DNA of 64,000 nucleotides, taken from the NCBI GenBank assembly GCA_963715335.1, contig CAVQRZ010000019.1, forward strand, positions 96,001-160,000, in the 5' to 3' direction. Made by a program: the position numbers and the translations under genes. Shown piece after piece: positions 19,623-28,635 of this stretch. Each line of letters begins with the position of its first letter. The first letter of the stretch is position 1. The notes under the pieces are model-generated. The model had not been told where the DNA came from and searched no databases. It was given only the letters and a program-made list of their open reading frames with translations. The DNA is from an uncultured delta proteobacterium. Its GTDB lineage: Bacteria; Desulfobacterota; Desulfuromonadia; Desulfuromonadales; BM103.

Positions 19623-19964
19623 TCAGTCAATCTCCATTTCGGTGAATTTCATCTCTCGCCCCTGCACCGTTTCCAGGGCCAGGCTGCTGCAGTGCGGGCA
19701 GACATGGGTCAAGCTTGCGATTTCTGCCGCTTTACCGCAGTCCAGGCATTGCCCCCTGCCGGTGATGTGGTGAATTTTCAGATCAGCCCCCTCGGCCAGA
19801 GTGCCTTTGCTACAGACATCAAAGGCGAACTCGACGGCCTCAGCGACCACACCAGAGAGAGCGCCGATCTCCAGGGTGATGCTGAGAATCTTTTTGGCGT
19901 CTTCGCGCGCGGCGTGTTCGATTGCCAGGTCGACGATGTTTTGTGTGAGGCTGAGTTCGTGCAA
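19623..19964 (-). CDS. hypA: Nickel chaperone HypA
   Basis: MHE start and two CxxC motifs (CLDC, CPHC). Confidence 0.95.
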   Translation of the reverse strand: MHELSLTQNIVDLAIEHAAREDAKKILSITLEIGALSGVVAEAVEFAFDVCSKGTLAEGADLKIHHITGRGQCLDCGKAAEIASLTHVCPHCSSLALETVQGREMKFTEMEID

Positions 19965-20221
19965 AGAGTCATGTCCAAAAGTTATACCGCTTAAAAAAGC
20001 CGAAACTTATCGATCAATATAATGAAAGGCCAGCGCAAAAAGCAAGGGAACAGCGAACCGCTGGATCGGAATGAAACAATTTGTCAGGCAAGAGCCTTGC
20101 CCAACAATTAAAGTATCTGCTAGATTGCGGAGACGTGACTTGCTAGGGTTTTGTCGTACGACGCAGAGCTGTTTATTCGCTCAGTGGCGATTTTTCTGAG
20201 AGGCTTTCCAGTGAGGGTATC

Positions 20222-20809
20222 ATGAATAAGTTATCTGCCAGTGTTGTTGCCCTTGTCCTTGTCGTGACCGCGTCTGCCGCCTTGGCTGACAATCTGGACG
20301 ATGCTTTGGATGCTGCCAACTTTGGTAATTATGAAAAAGCCTATCAGCTCTGGCTGATTGAGGCCGAAAATGGTAGCGCCATTGCCCAGGCAAACATTGG
20401 GCTTCTGTATGCAGACGGTCTGGGTGTCCCCCGCAGCGACAAGGAGGCCGTCAAGTGGTATCGCATGGCAGCCGAGCAAGCAGAGCCGCGAGCCCAATAC
20501 TATTTGGGTACGGTCTTTGAGGAGGGCCGTGGTGTGCCGCAGGATTTCAAAGCGGCGGCCAAAAACTATCGCCTCGCAGCTTTGCAGGGATATGTGAATG
20601 CCCAATACAAACTGGGCCTTTTGTATCTCAAGGGCCTGGGGGTCGAGCAAAGCACTGAAGAGGCCTATGCCTGGTGGTCCGTGGCCGCCTCAAAGGGTCA
20701 TGAAGATGCGCAAAAATACAAGGACAGCGCCCAGCAACAGATGACCTCTAAGCAAATAGAAACGGCTCAGGAAATAGCTAAGCAGCTTTGGGCGGAACTT
20801 GGCAATTAA
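20222..20809 (+). CDS. Secreted Sel1-like repeat protein
   Basis: Signal peptide plus repeats AQxxLGxxYxxGxGVxxDxxxAxxWYxxAA. Confidence 0.9.
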   Translation: MNKLSASVVALVLVVTASAALADNLDDALDAANFGNYEKAYQLWLIEAENGSAIAQANIGLLYADGLGVPRSDKEAVKWYRMAAEQAEPRAQYYLGTVFEEGRGVPQDFKAAAKNYRLAALQGYVNAQYKLGLLYLKGLGVEQSTEEAYAWWSVAASKGHEDAQKYKDSAQQQMTSKQIETAQEIAKQLWAELGN

Positions 20810-20834
20810 ACCATTGGTATTTCATAAGTTCATC

Positions 20835-20864
20835 AAACCGCACGGGTCTCGAGTGCGGTTTTTT
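20835..20864 (+). terminator. Intrinsic terminator
   Basis: AAACCGCAC/GTGCGGTTT stem followed by a T tract. Confidence 0.65.
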
Positions 20865-20916
20865 GTTTGAGGTGTGACAATCGGGGGCCTTGGCTTTTTG
20901 ACGGGCGCAACAGTTT

Positions 20917-20932
20917 CGGCACTGCTGATGCA
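20917..20932 (+). promoter_or_regulatory. Sigma54-type promoter for the ANTAR regulator
   Basis: CGGCAC-TGCTG-ATGCA (GG-N10-GC) about 48 nt before the start codon. Confidence 0.5.
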
Positions 20933-20979
20933 TTCTCCTATATGTCAATTCATACACTGAGGATGAGGAGCACTCTGCC

Positions 20980-21543
20980 ATGAAGCGTGCATTGGTTGTT
21001 GATGATGAACCTTTTTTGCGGCGCCAGGTCGCCGAAATCGTTGCCGGCTACGGGTTTGATGAGATTCTTGAAGCTGAAAACGGTGTTCAGGCGGTTGAAA
21101 TCGCGACTCACCAGGAGATTTTGCTGGTCGTCATGGATGTCGGTATGCCTGTTATGGACGGCGTCACCGCTGCTGAAAAAATAGGCAAGATAAAGCCCTT
21201 GCCGATCGTTCTGGTGACGGCCAATACGGAATCCGCCACCATCGAACGTGCCCGCCTGGCGGGAGTCATGAATTACGTGGTCAAGCCGGTTCGCGCCGAA
21301 CAGTTGTTTGTCGCTGTCGATCTGGCCATCCACCAGTTCGTCGAACTTGCCACGCTGCGTGATGAGGTCGGCAAGCTGCGGGAGACGCTTGAGGCGAGAA
21401 AAATTATCGATCGGGCCAAGGGTGTCCTCATGAAGCGCGGCATGGATGAGCCCCAGGCCTTCCGGCGCCTGCAGAAGCTTGCCATGGACAAACGCAAATC
21501 ACTGCGGGAAGTTGCCGAGGCGGTTCTTTTGACAGAAGATTGA
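20980..21543 (+). CDS. Response regulator with an ANTAR RNA-binding domain
   Basis: REC domain (VVDD, MDVGMP, TA, KP) plus ANTAR (RKIIDRAKGVLM..AFRRLQKLAMDKRKSL). Confidence 0.93.
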   Translation: MKRALVVDDEPFLRRQVAEIVAGYGFDEILEAENGVQAVEIATHQEILLVVMDVGMPVMDGVTAAEKIGKIKPLPIVLVTANTESATIERARLAGVMNYVVKPVRAEQLFVAVDLAIHQFVELATLRDEVGKLRETLEARKIIDRAKGVLMKRGMDEPQAFRRLQKLAMDKRKSLREVAEAVLLTED

Positions 21544-21628
21544 CCTGCCGGGTTTTGTCAGTTTGCGGTAATTCTGCAAGGTAATGCTATACTGGCGAAA
21601 ACAATCTCAAGCTCGCAACGGAGTCCAT

Positions 21629-21826
21629 ATGCCCGAACCTGTTAATAAAGAATGTGCCGATCAGAAATCCCATCACCTGCATCTCTGCCAGTTGAAGAAA
21701 AAAGGTTTAACGGAAGAGGTTGCTGCCCGAACGAACGATCCCGGATATGTCTGCCATAACTGTAATATTACGGCGAATCGAGCAGAAGACCTATGCAATT
21801 GTAGCCCTTTTGTAAAGAGAAGCTGA
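21629..21826 (+). CDS. Small His/Cys-rich putative metal-binding protein
   Basis: HHLHLC...CHNC...DLCNC; ATG at 21629 after GGAG. Confidence 0.7.
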   Translation: MPEPVNKECADQKSHHLHLCQLKKKGLTEEVAARTNDPGYVCHNCNITANRAEDLCNCSPFVKRS

Positions 21827-21887
21827 CCGGTTTGCTGAATCCGGTTTAAATGTGACCATAATCGTTCGCAAATCAAGGGAGTTTTGT

Positions 21888-21997
21888 TTGGCGATCTGGA
21901 ATTGTGAAAAGTGTGCTACGAAAAGGAAGGGCGTTGCAAACCAAAGAAGTGTCCGGAATGCAATGACCAGACTGTTTTTGTCAAGCAGGAACAGTAA
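21888..21997 (+). pseudogene. RCKP-type rubredoxin-like miniprotein with a 1-nt deletion (pseudogene or sequencing error)
   Basis: Restoring one G near 21915 gives MAIWNCEKCGYEKEGRCKPKKCPECNDQTVFVKQEQ*; AAGGGAG RBS upstream. Confidence 0.7.
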
Positions 21998-22048
21998 GCG
22001 AACGAGACCAGGTGCCTGTTGAGCAGGCTGCCATACAGGATAAATAGG

Positions 22049-22080
22049 AAGGGCCCGCCAATTGATGGCGGGCCTTTTGT
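22049..22080. terminator. Terminator between convergent genes
   Basis: GGGCCCGCCA/TGGCGGGCCT stem followed by TTT. Confidence 0.7.
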
Positions 22081-22096
22081 TGTTTCCGTGGAAAAG

Positions 22097-22843
22097 TTAT
22101 TCGATCAACGTTTGCATGACCTGTCCTGCGCTTTCGTTGAAACAGATTGCGGCCAGGTGGTCATACGGCGTCGCCGCGCGGTTAATGAAGATCAGGCTGG
22201 CGCCCGCTTGATGGGCGATCAGGGGGAACTGGTTGGCGGGTTGGACTTCCAGTGAAGAACCGATCATCAGAAGCAGGTCGCAGCTGGCGGCGGCCTGATA
22301 GGCCTGGTCCATGGCTTCGGCGGGCATTGATTGACCGAAGGACACCGTGTCGGGTTTGATCAGGCCATGGCATTCCTCGCAGTGCGGGTCCAGGTCTCCC
22401 GTTTCCAGGCGCTGCTGGATTTCGGTGATTGGCCACTGTCGGCTGCAGGTCAGGCATGACGCGGTCAGGTTGGTGCCGTGCAGTTCAATGACGCGTCTGC
22501 TGCCTGCTGCCTGCTGCAGGCCATCGATGTTCTGGGTAATTACATAGTCCAGCCTGCCGTCTGCTTCAAGTTTTGCCAGGGCAAAATGTGCCGGATTCGG
22601 CCGCGCGTTGAGCAGACCGGGAATCAGCTCCCGACGCATCGACCAGTACTCGACGCGATTTTCGTGGCTGGCGAGGAATTCCTGGAAAGTAACGACGCGA
22701 TAGCGATCCCAAAGACCGCCTTTGGAACGAAAATCTGCCAGGCCGGACTCGGTTGAGATGCCTGCTCCGCAAAAGGCGACGATCCGGTTTGCCCTGCCCA
22801 GCAGGGCTCTGCCCTGGTCAATCTGTTCAGCGAGAGTTCCCAT
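22097..22843 (-). CDS. cobB: Sirtuin NAD-dependent protein deacylase
   Basis: GAGISTESG.DFR, TQNIDGL, ELHG, two CxxC, GSSLEVQPA. Confidence 0.92.
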   Translation of the reverse strand: MGTLAEQIDQGRALLGRANRIVAFCGAGISTESGLADFRSKGGLWDRYRVVTFQEFLASHENRVEYWSMRRELIPGLLNARPNPAHFALAKLEADGRLDYVITQNIDGLQQAAGSRRVIELHGTNLTASCLTCSRQWPITEIQQRLETGDLDPHCEECHGLIKPDTVSFGQSMPAEAMDQAYQAAASCDLLLMIGSSLEVQPANQFPLIAHQAGASLIFINRAATPYDHLAAICFNESAGQVMQTLIE

Positions 22844-22854
22844 AGTGCCTACGG

Positions 22855-24333
22855 TCAGCCGATCGCCTGCTGCAGACCGGGAAAATAAGTGATCAACCCA
22901 TCTGTTTCCTGGATCCGTTTGCCTTGTTCAACCGCCCTTTGTACGGCGGCAGTCAATTGCATGTCGCCATAGAGGGCCGCGCCGACGATCTGTCCGTCAC
23001 GACAGACCAGCCCGCGATAACTGTCGTTCTCCTGGACTTCGAAGAGTCGCGAACTGGCATCGGTCGGCTGGACCAGGCCGATGCTGAAGAGGTCAACATC
23101 GAGCACCTTGATGCGGTTGGTCATCGGTATGCCGGTAAATTCCACGGAGCCACCAATCGCATTGGTCCCGGCAACCAGTCCCTGGGCATAGCTGGCCGGC
23201 CAGATTCCGTAAACCCGCCCCTGGTGCTCGGTGACGTCGCCTGCGGCAAGGATATGCTCGTCGGAGGTGAACAATCGATCATTCACAATGACCCCGTTTT
23301 GCACCTTGAGACCACACTCTCTCGCCAGGTAGCTGTTCGGCCTCACGCCGGTGGCCAGGATGACAATGTCGGCCGGGATTTCACGGCCATCTTCAAGCAG
23401 GACGCCGTGCACGGCTTCGTCACCGGTGAATTCCTTGATCTGAATACCGCATTCAACAGCCATGTGTTGATTGTGCAGATGGGTCTTGAGCAATGCCGCT
23501 GCCTTTGGCGGGAGCTGGCGTGGCAGAAGCCAATTGAACCCTTCCAGAACCGTGACGGATGCTCCGCGTTTCCGCAGGGCCCATGCCGTTTCCAGCCCGA
23601 GCAGACCACCGCCGACGCAGACCGCACGGCATCCCGGCCGCAGGGAGTCGATCAGTTTGCGGGCATTTTCAAGTGTCCGCAGCACGGTCACCCCATCACG
23701 GCTGGCACCGGGAATCGGAGGGATGAAGGGGTGTGCGCCATTGCTCAGAATCAGCCTGTCGTACCCCAGCTGCCGGCCGTCGCGTAAAGTTACTTGCCGC
23801 AGGTTACGGTCGATTGCCTGGGCATCGCCGGTAAGATATTTGATCTTTAGCGTCTCGAACCAGTCCTGATGCTGTATCAGCAGCGCGTTTTCTGCAACTT
23901 CGCCAGCCAGGAAGCGGGTCAGGTTCAAACGGAAATAGGGGAGGGCCATTTCCCGGGAGACAAGGGTGATCTCGACGTCGGCGGATTGCCGACGGGCCTC
24001 TTCTGCGGCAGTCAACCCGGCGATCCCGGCCCCCAGGATAACCAGGCTGCGGATATCTGCCTGAATGGCGGACACTGCCGCTATCGCGTAGGGGTGGAAG
24101 AGTGCCGCCGCTGCGCCACATACCGGGCAGAAATTCGGTGCGGTCTCCCCCTCGGCGATATGGTCGCAGATGCTGCATTGCCATGCTCCAGCCGTCTCTT
24201 TTGCGGCGGGCGCCCTTTTGATCACCAGGGGCGAAAAATGGCTTTTGTCTGCGCCGCAGACCGGACAGGATGATGGTGCCTCAACGCCGTTGTGGACGTA
24301 GCCACAGAGGTCACACTTCCAGGTGTTGTTCAT
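22855..24333 (-). CDS. FAD/NAD(P)H oxidoreductase with two N-terminal rubredoxin-like domains
   Basis: WKCDLCG..CPVCG and WQCSICD..CPVCG; GAGIAG, GGGLLGLE, ATGVRPN, AAGD. Confidence 0.9.
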   Translation of the reverse strand: MNNTWKCDLCGYVHNGVEAPSSCPVCGADKSHFSPLVIKRAPAAKETAGAWQCSICDHIAEGETAPNFCPVCGAAAALFHPYAIAAVSAIQADIRSLVILGAGIAGLTAAEEARRQSADVEITLVSREMALPYFRLNLTRFLAGEVAENALLIQHQDWFETLKIKYLTGDAQAIDRNLRQVTLRDGRQLGYDRLILSNGAHPFIPPIPGASRDGVTVLRTLENARKLIDSLRPGCRAVCVGGGLLGLETAWALRKRGASVTVLEGFNWLLPRQLPPKAAALLKTHLHNQHMAVECGIQIKEFTGDEAVHGVLLEDGREIPADIVILATGVRPNSYLARECGLKVQNGVIVNDRLFTSDEHILAAGDVTEHQGRVYGIWPASYAQGLVAGTNAIGGSVEFTGIPMTNRIKVLDVDLFSIGLVQPTDASSRLFEVQENDSYRGLVCRDGQIVGAALYGDMQLTAAVQRAVEQGKRIQETDGLITYFPGLQQAIG

Positions 24334-24933
24334 GAGAAAACCCTTACAGCCCCTGAGCGATCCGGGCTCAGAGACAGAAAGATATGGTCAGCTGTGCAGG
24401 CTGACGGTTAATGTCTGTGGAAGAAAGACCCCACTAATGGTTGGTTCTCTTTGGCGCTGAACCGGGCAACAAGATTCGCCGAGATCCTCACCGTCTCCTG
24501 TTGTGCCGGTCGCTGCAACGGTTGGAATATTTAGCCCTATCATTCTAAACTGTTTTCAGTACTGTGCAATCCCTGTCTGACCACGGTCAGAAGTTTTCCG
24601 ATGAGGAGTAAGAATTGGATCACAAAGGCTGCTTTTTGCCCCGGGTCGCCACCAACTGCCACAATCTTCGAGCCATGAATTTGAACCGCATGTCAGCCTG
24701 CTCTATCAGTCCCTCCCCGTCTCCGTGCGGGCAAGGCTGGCCGGGAAAATCAGAGCTGCCGATGCAGGAAATCTGTTTTGACCAGATATGGGCCGTTGCC
24801 ATTCCTGAGACAATTCTTGCTGCTGAAAACTTGTCAGGTTGGCGGACGCTTTTGAACTGTCGGCTTGCTTCCAACGTAATAGTCGATAACCTTTAGGTTG
24901 CCATCTTCGTTCGCAAAAAGCAGATTGGAGCCA

Positions 24934-25458
24934 ATGCTTGTGGAAGACAGGATCGACATAGTTCAAGGTGACATTACCCTGCTGGAGGTCGATGCGATTG
25001 TCAACGCCGCCAACCAGAGCCTTCTCGGAGGCGGTGGCGTGGATGGTGCCATCCATCGGGCTGCAGGCCCGGAATTGCTGGAAGAATGTCGCAAGCTGGG
25101 CGGGTGTCCGACAGGAGAAGCCAAGATTACTTCCGGCTACAACCTGTCCGCCCACTATGTGATTCACACGGTGGGCCCGGTTTGGCATGGCGGTGACCGC
25201 AACGAGGACAACCTCCTGGCAAGCTGCTACCGCAACAGCCTGGACCTGGCGTTTCAGCACAAATTGCGGAGTATCGCATTCCCGTCGATCAGCACCGGAG
25301 TTTACCGGTTTCCGATAGCAAGGGCCAGCAGAATTGCATTGCGGGTGATCCACGATTTTGTCGTTTCGGAAGAAGCTGCGCCGCGGGTGATGATCGTCTG
25401 CTTTTCCGAAGAGGACCAGGCTGCTTATCTGAAGGCCTATCAGGAATTAGTATTTTAA
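24934..25458 (+). CDS. ymdB: Macrodomain O-acetyl-ADP-ribose deacetylase (YmdB-like)
   Basis: [33 protein letters not shown]. Confidence 0.9.
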   Translation: MLVEDRIDIVQGDITLLEVDAIVNAANQSLLGGGGVDGAIHRAAGPELLEECRKLGGCPTGEAKITSGYNLSAHYVIHTVGPVWHGGDRNEDNLLASCYRNSLDLAFQHKLRSIAFPSISTGVYRFPIARASRIALRVIHDFVVSEEAAPRVMIVCFSEEDQAAYLKAYQELVF

Positions 25459-25700
25459 GCGGGTTTGTGCCCTGTCGATTTTGCTGTGCCTGTGCCGATA
25501 TCCGACCCAATTTTTAGTTGTTCTTTGCAAAAAGAAAGCCCAAGTCAATTCCTGGCATTATACCTTTGTTGATGGAATTAAATTTGCATGGTAATTCTGG
25601 ATGTATTGAATCAAGCCTTTTTTGCCTTAATTTCAGGGAAATAACCTGATCGGGGCAGGGGAATGACGGAATTTTGATGAGAATAGGTTTTGGGGGGAAG

Positions 25701-26537
25701 ATGAACCAGACAATTGGTCAATATGCAACGCGTCCGGTTGTGGCTGTTGAGTCAACTTCGACGGTTCTTGATGCATTGAAGCTGATGAGTGAGAAACGGA
25801 TCAGCTGCGTCGTTGCTCTTGCGCACGGCGAGCCGATCGGGATCCTGACGGAAAGAGACATTGTCTTCGCCGCAAACTGGTTGTTGGGACAGCCCGATCT
25901 CCTGATTAATGAAGTCATGAACAAGCCGGTGATGACGGCATCGGAGAACATGACCGTCGCCCAGGCTTACCGCGTATTCAGCCAGCATAATATCCGTCAT
26001 CTCGTGGTGCGCGATACCCGGCTTGAGATGGCAGGAATCTTTACCCAGACAGACCTCGTACGGTCCCTGCATGACGAGGTGTTTGAAGGGGTCAGTGATA
26101 TCATCGAGCTGATGTCCTCGAAGGTTCTGACCGTGGCAGCGGACGTCCCTGCCCGCTATGCTCTCTCTATGATGGCACGTCGGTCGGTCAGCTGTATTGT
26201 GGTTATCGATGGGCTGATTCCCGTTGGCATGTTTACAGAACGTGACGTGGTACGCTGCATTGCCGAAGGGGTTGACTTGACAACCGCTTCGGTAGGCGAA
26301 GTGATGTGCCCGTCAATCGTGACAACGCCGATGACGACCGCTCCTCATGCAACCATCAGCATGATGCAGAAGAAGACGGTCAGGCGTGTCCTTGTGGTTG
26401 ATGATCTGGGCGGCGTTGCCGGGATTCTGACCCAGACCGATATCGGCAGGATTCTCGATCGAAAAGAGCCCGGCCATATCAGTCGTCTTTTTGGCGAGGT
26501 CGGCAGCGGGGTAGAAGCTTCACCTGGGCCGATGTGA
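25701..26537 (+). CDS. Four-CBS-domain protein
   Basis: Repeated GILTERD / GIFTQTD / GMFTERD / GILTQTD CBS motifs. Confidence 0.88.
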   Translation: MNQTIGQYATRPVVAVESTSTVLDALKLMSEKRISCVVALAHGEPIGILTERDIVFAANWLLGQPDLLINEVMNKPVMTASENMTVAQAYRVFSQHNIRHLVVRDTRLEMAGIFTQTDLVRSLHDEVFEGVSDIIELMSSKVLTVAADVPARYALSMMARRSVSCIVVIDGLIPVGMFTERDVVRCIAEGVDLTTASVGEVMCPSIVTTPMTTAPHATISMMQKKTVRRVLVVDDLGGVAGILTQTDIGRILDRKEPGHISRLFGEVGSGVEASPGPM

Positions 26538-26562
26538 TTCCCATTGAGCGATGACTAATATC

Positions 26563-26591
26563 AAGGGCCTTGCAGACCGCAAGGCCCTTTT
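26563..26591. terminator. Terminator hairpin between convergent genes
   Basis: AAGGGCCTTGC/GCAAGGCCCTT stem followed by TT. Confidence 0.65.
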
Positions 26592-26621
26592 CTCATTCAC
26601 AAACACGCGAAACCAGATTGA

Positions 26622-27068
26622 TCAGCAGATGGTGGCCAGATGCAAAGGTTGACCGCCCGCGACCAGGCACGAGTCTTTTCTGTACTCGGGACACGTCTGG
26701 CAGCAATAATTTGTCAACCAGGTGGTCGCCTCCTGCTCGTCGGTGAACAACCGTGTATCGATTCCCCGGTTGTTCATGGCAAGTTGCAGGATCTCTAGCG
26801 GTGCTGATTTGATGTCATCTAAAAGGTATGCCGCCTTCTTGCCACGGTGACCAGACTGATCCGTTGCCTTGGCTGCAAACTCGTATTGCTGGGAAAATGA
26901 ACACGTCAGGTCCGCGCCTCTGAAATCTATGATGTTGCCCTTGATGGGAACCTGTCTTGAGGCGTCTTCGACAGCCTGCAAGGCCTTGAGTCTCAGGGCC
27001 AGGTCAACCCTTCCACTATATTTGATCCAGTAAAAGCCATTTTTGCAATATCTGACGGTGAAAGGCAT
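26622..27068 (-). CDS. Hypothetical protein, possibly SpoIIAA/STAS-SEC14-like
   Basis: IIDFRGA...RLFTDEQEATTWL pattern; Cys-rich tail. Confidence 0.55.
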   Translation of the reverse strand: MPFTVRYCKNGFYWIKYSGRVDLALRLKALQAVEDASRQVPIKGNIIDFRGADLTCSFSQQYEFAAKATDQSGHRGKKAAYLLDDIKSAPLEILQLAMNNRGIDTRLFTDEQEATTWLTNYCCQTCPEYRKDSCLVAGGQPLHLATIC

Positions 27069-27115
27069 AAAACAAAAAAGGGCACACGCAAGTATGCCCC
27101 TCCCCTGAATTTTGT

Positions 27116-27192
<77 letters not shown>

Positions 27193-27314
27193 ACGAAGAC
27201 GCCAAGCTACCGGAAGCAAGTGCCCTTGTCAACCTTTTCTCGCGATACAGGCTCTGCTGCTTGCCGTTGGGCTCCTTATTGGAGTATAACCACTGTCACT
27301 GAGGGTTGTTGGTG

Positions 27315-28370
27315 ATGTCAAAGACGATAAACCTAGAAAAGGCATTGGCCCTGCGTGACAGGGGCGCGGTGCTGATTGACGCGCGCAGCCCGGCAGAGTT
27401 TGCCGAGGCGACCATCCCGGGTGCGATCAACATACCGATCCTTGATGATGCGGAGCGCGACGAAGTCGGTACGCTATATAGGCAGGTCGGGAAAGCCCCA
27501 GCCAGACGACGCGGAGTGGTGCTGGTTGCCCCCAAGATCCCGGCCATGGTGGAGCAGGCTGCCGATCTCCAGTCCGGCACTTCCCTGCCCGTGGTTGTCT
27601 TCTGCTGGCGCGGTGGTATGCGCAGCCTCGCTTTGACCCAGTTCCTGGAACTTGCCGGTATTCCCGCCTGGCAGTTGTTGGGGGGGCATAAAGGTTTTCG
27701 CAGGCATGTCCTGGATTTCTTTGAGCAGGGTCAGTGGGGTCGCATGATAGTCTTGCGTGGTCTGACCGGAGTGGGCAAGACTCATTACCTGCATCGTCTG
27801 GCCGAAATCGGCGCTCCGGTTATTGACCTTGAAGGGTTGGCGAATCATCGCGGCAGTGCCTTCGGCAATCTCGGTTTGCCGCCGCAGCCTACCCAGAAAA
27901 TGTTCGAAGCGCTGGTTTGGAACGAGTTGTGCAAAATACCGCAAGGAGCTTTTGCCTTGGTGGAAGGGGAGAGCCGTCATATCGGTCGGGTTGCTTTGCC
28001 GATACGGCTGTACGACTCCTTGCAGGCCGAAACATCGATCTGGCTGAAGACAGATATGTCGACCCGGATCAAAAATATTTTGGCTGACTACCCGGCGCTC
28101 GACAGCCTCAAGACCAGTTTTACCGAACCGATCAAAGCTCTTAAGGAGAGGCTCGGTAAAAAGACGGTCAACCGATATCTGGAATTGCTTGATGCGGGGG
28201 AGTGGACTGACTTGGTTCGCGAGCTGATGGAGAATTATTATGACCCTCTCTATCAACATACCCTGCCGGAGAGGCGGATTGAAATCGAACTCGGGCCGGA
28301 AGAGACGGCCCTGGAGCGTATTCAATCGGCCGTCTCCTGCGTATTGGATAATCGCGTTGCACCGCAGTAA
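27315..28370 (+). CDS. mnmH: tRNA 2-selenouridine synthase
   Basis: Rhodanese domain (DARSPAEF, CWRGGMRS) plus P-loop GLTGVGKT, DLEGLANHRGSAFG, YYDPLY. Confidence 0.93.
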   Translation: MSKTINLEKALALRDRGAVLIDARSPAEFAEATIPGAINIPILDDAERDEVGTLYRQVGKAPARRRGVVLVAPKIPAMVEQAADLQSGTSLPVVVFCWRGGMRSLALTQFLELAGIPAWQLLGGHKGFRRHVLDFFEQGQWGRMIVLRGLTGVGKTHYLHRLAEIGAPVIDLEGLANHRGSAFGNLGLPPQPTQKMFEALVWNELCKIPQGAFALVEGESRHIGRVALPIRLYDSLQAETSIWLKTDMSTRIKNILADYPALDSLKTSFTEPIKALKERLGKKTVNRYLELLDAGEWTDLVRELMENYYDPLYQHTLPERRIEIELGPEETALERIQSAVSCVLDNRVAPQ

Positions 28371-28409
28371 CCCTTTACTGTTCTGGCCTCCTTCACACAG
28401 AGGGTTCCC

Positions 28410-28610
28410 ATGCAAAAGGCCTGGATGGATGCCAACATGAAGCCACTGCCGAAAGATAAATCGATCAACCCTCTTTGTCTTAAGTGCCTACGCCACTGCA
28501 AACAGCCGGCGAACAATCTTTTGCTCGAGTGCCCGCGTTATTTCCCGTTGCCGTTCAAGGTGGAGAAGCTTCGCTTTGATCAACTGGATTTGTTTGACGG
28601 GGAAGAGTGA
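28410..28610 (+). CDS. Small Cys-rich protein with a C-terminal QLDLF motif (start may be 28437)
   Basis: CLKCLRHCKQ...CPRY...FDQLDLFDGEE. Confidence 0.6.
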   Translation: MQKAWMDANMKPLPKDKSINPLCLKCLRHCKQPANNLLLECPRYFPLPFKVEKLRFDQLDLFDGEE

Positions 28611-28635
28611 GAGGGGTTTGAGATTGGTCTGAGCA

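Noticed and set aside
24615..24896. Overlapping 84-93 aa ORFs between the reductase and the macrodomain gene
   Set aside because: No motif, weak starts; probably divergent promoter DNA
25573..25588. GG-N10-GC site before the CBS gene
   Set aside because: The -24 element (TGGAAT) is too divergent to call
27315..28370. Selenoproteins suggested by the presence of mnmH
   Set aside because: No in-frame TGA with a convincing read-through continuation was found in neighbouring genes
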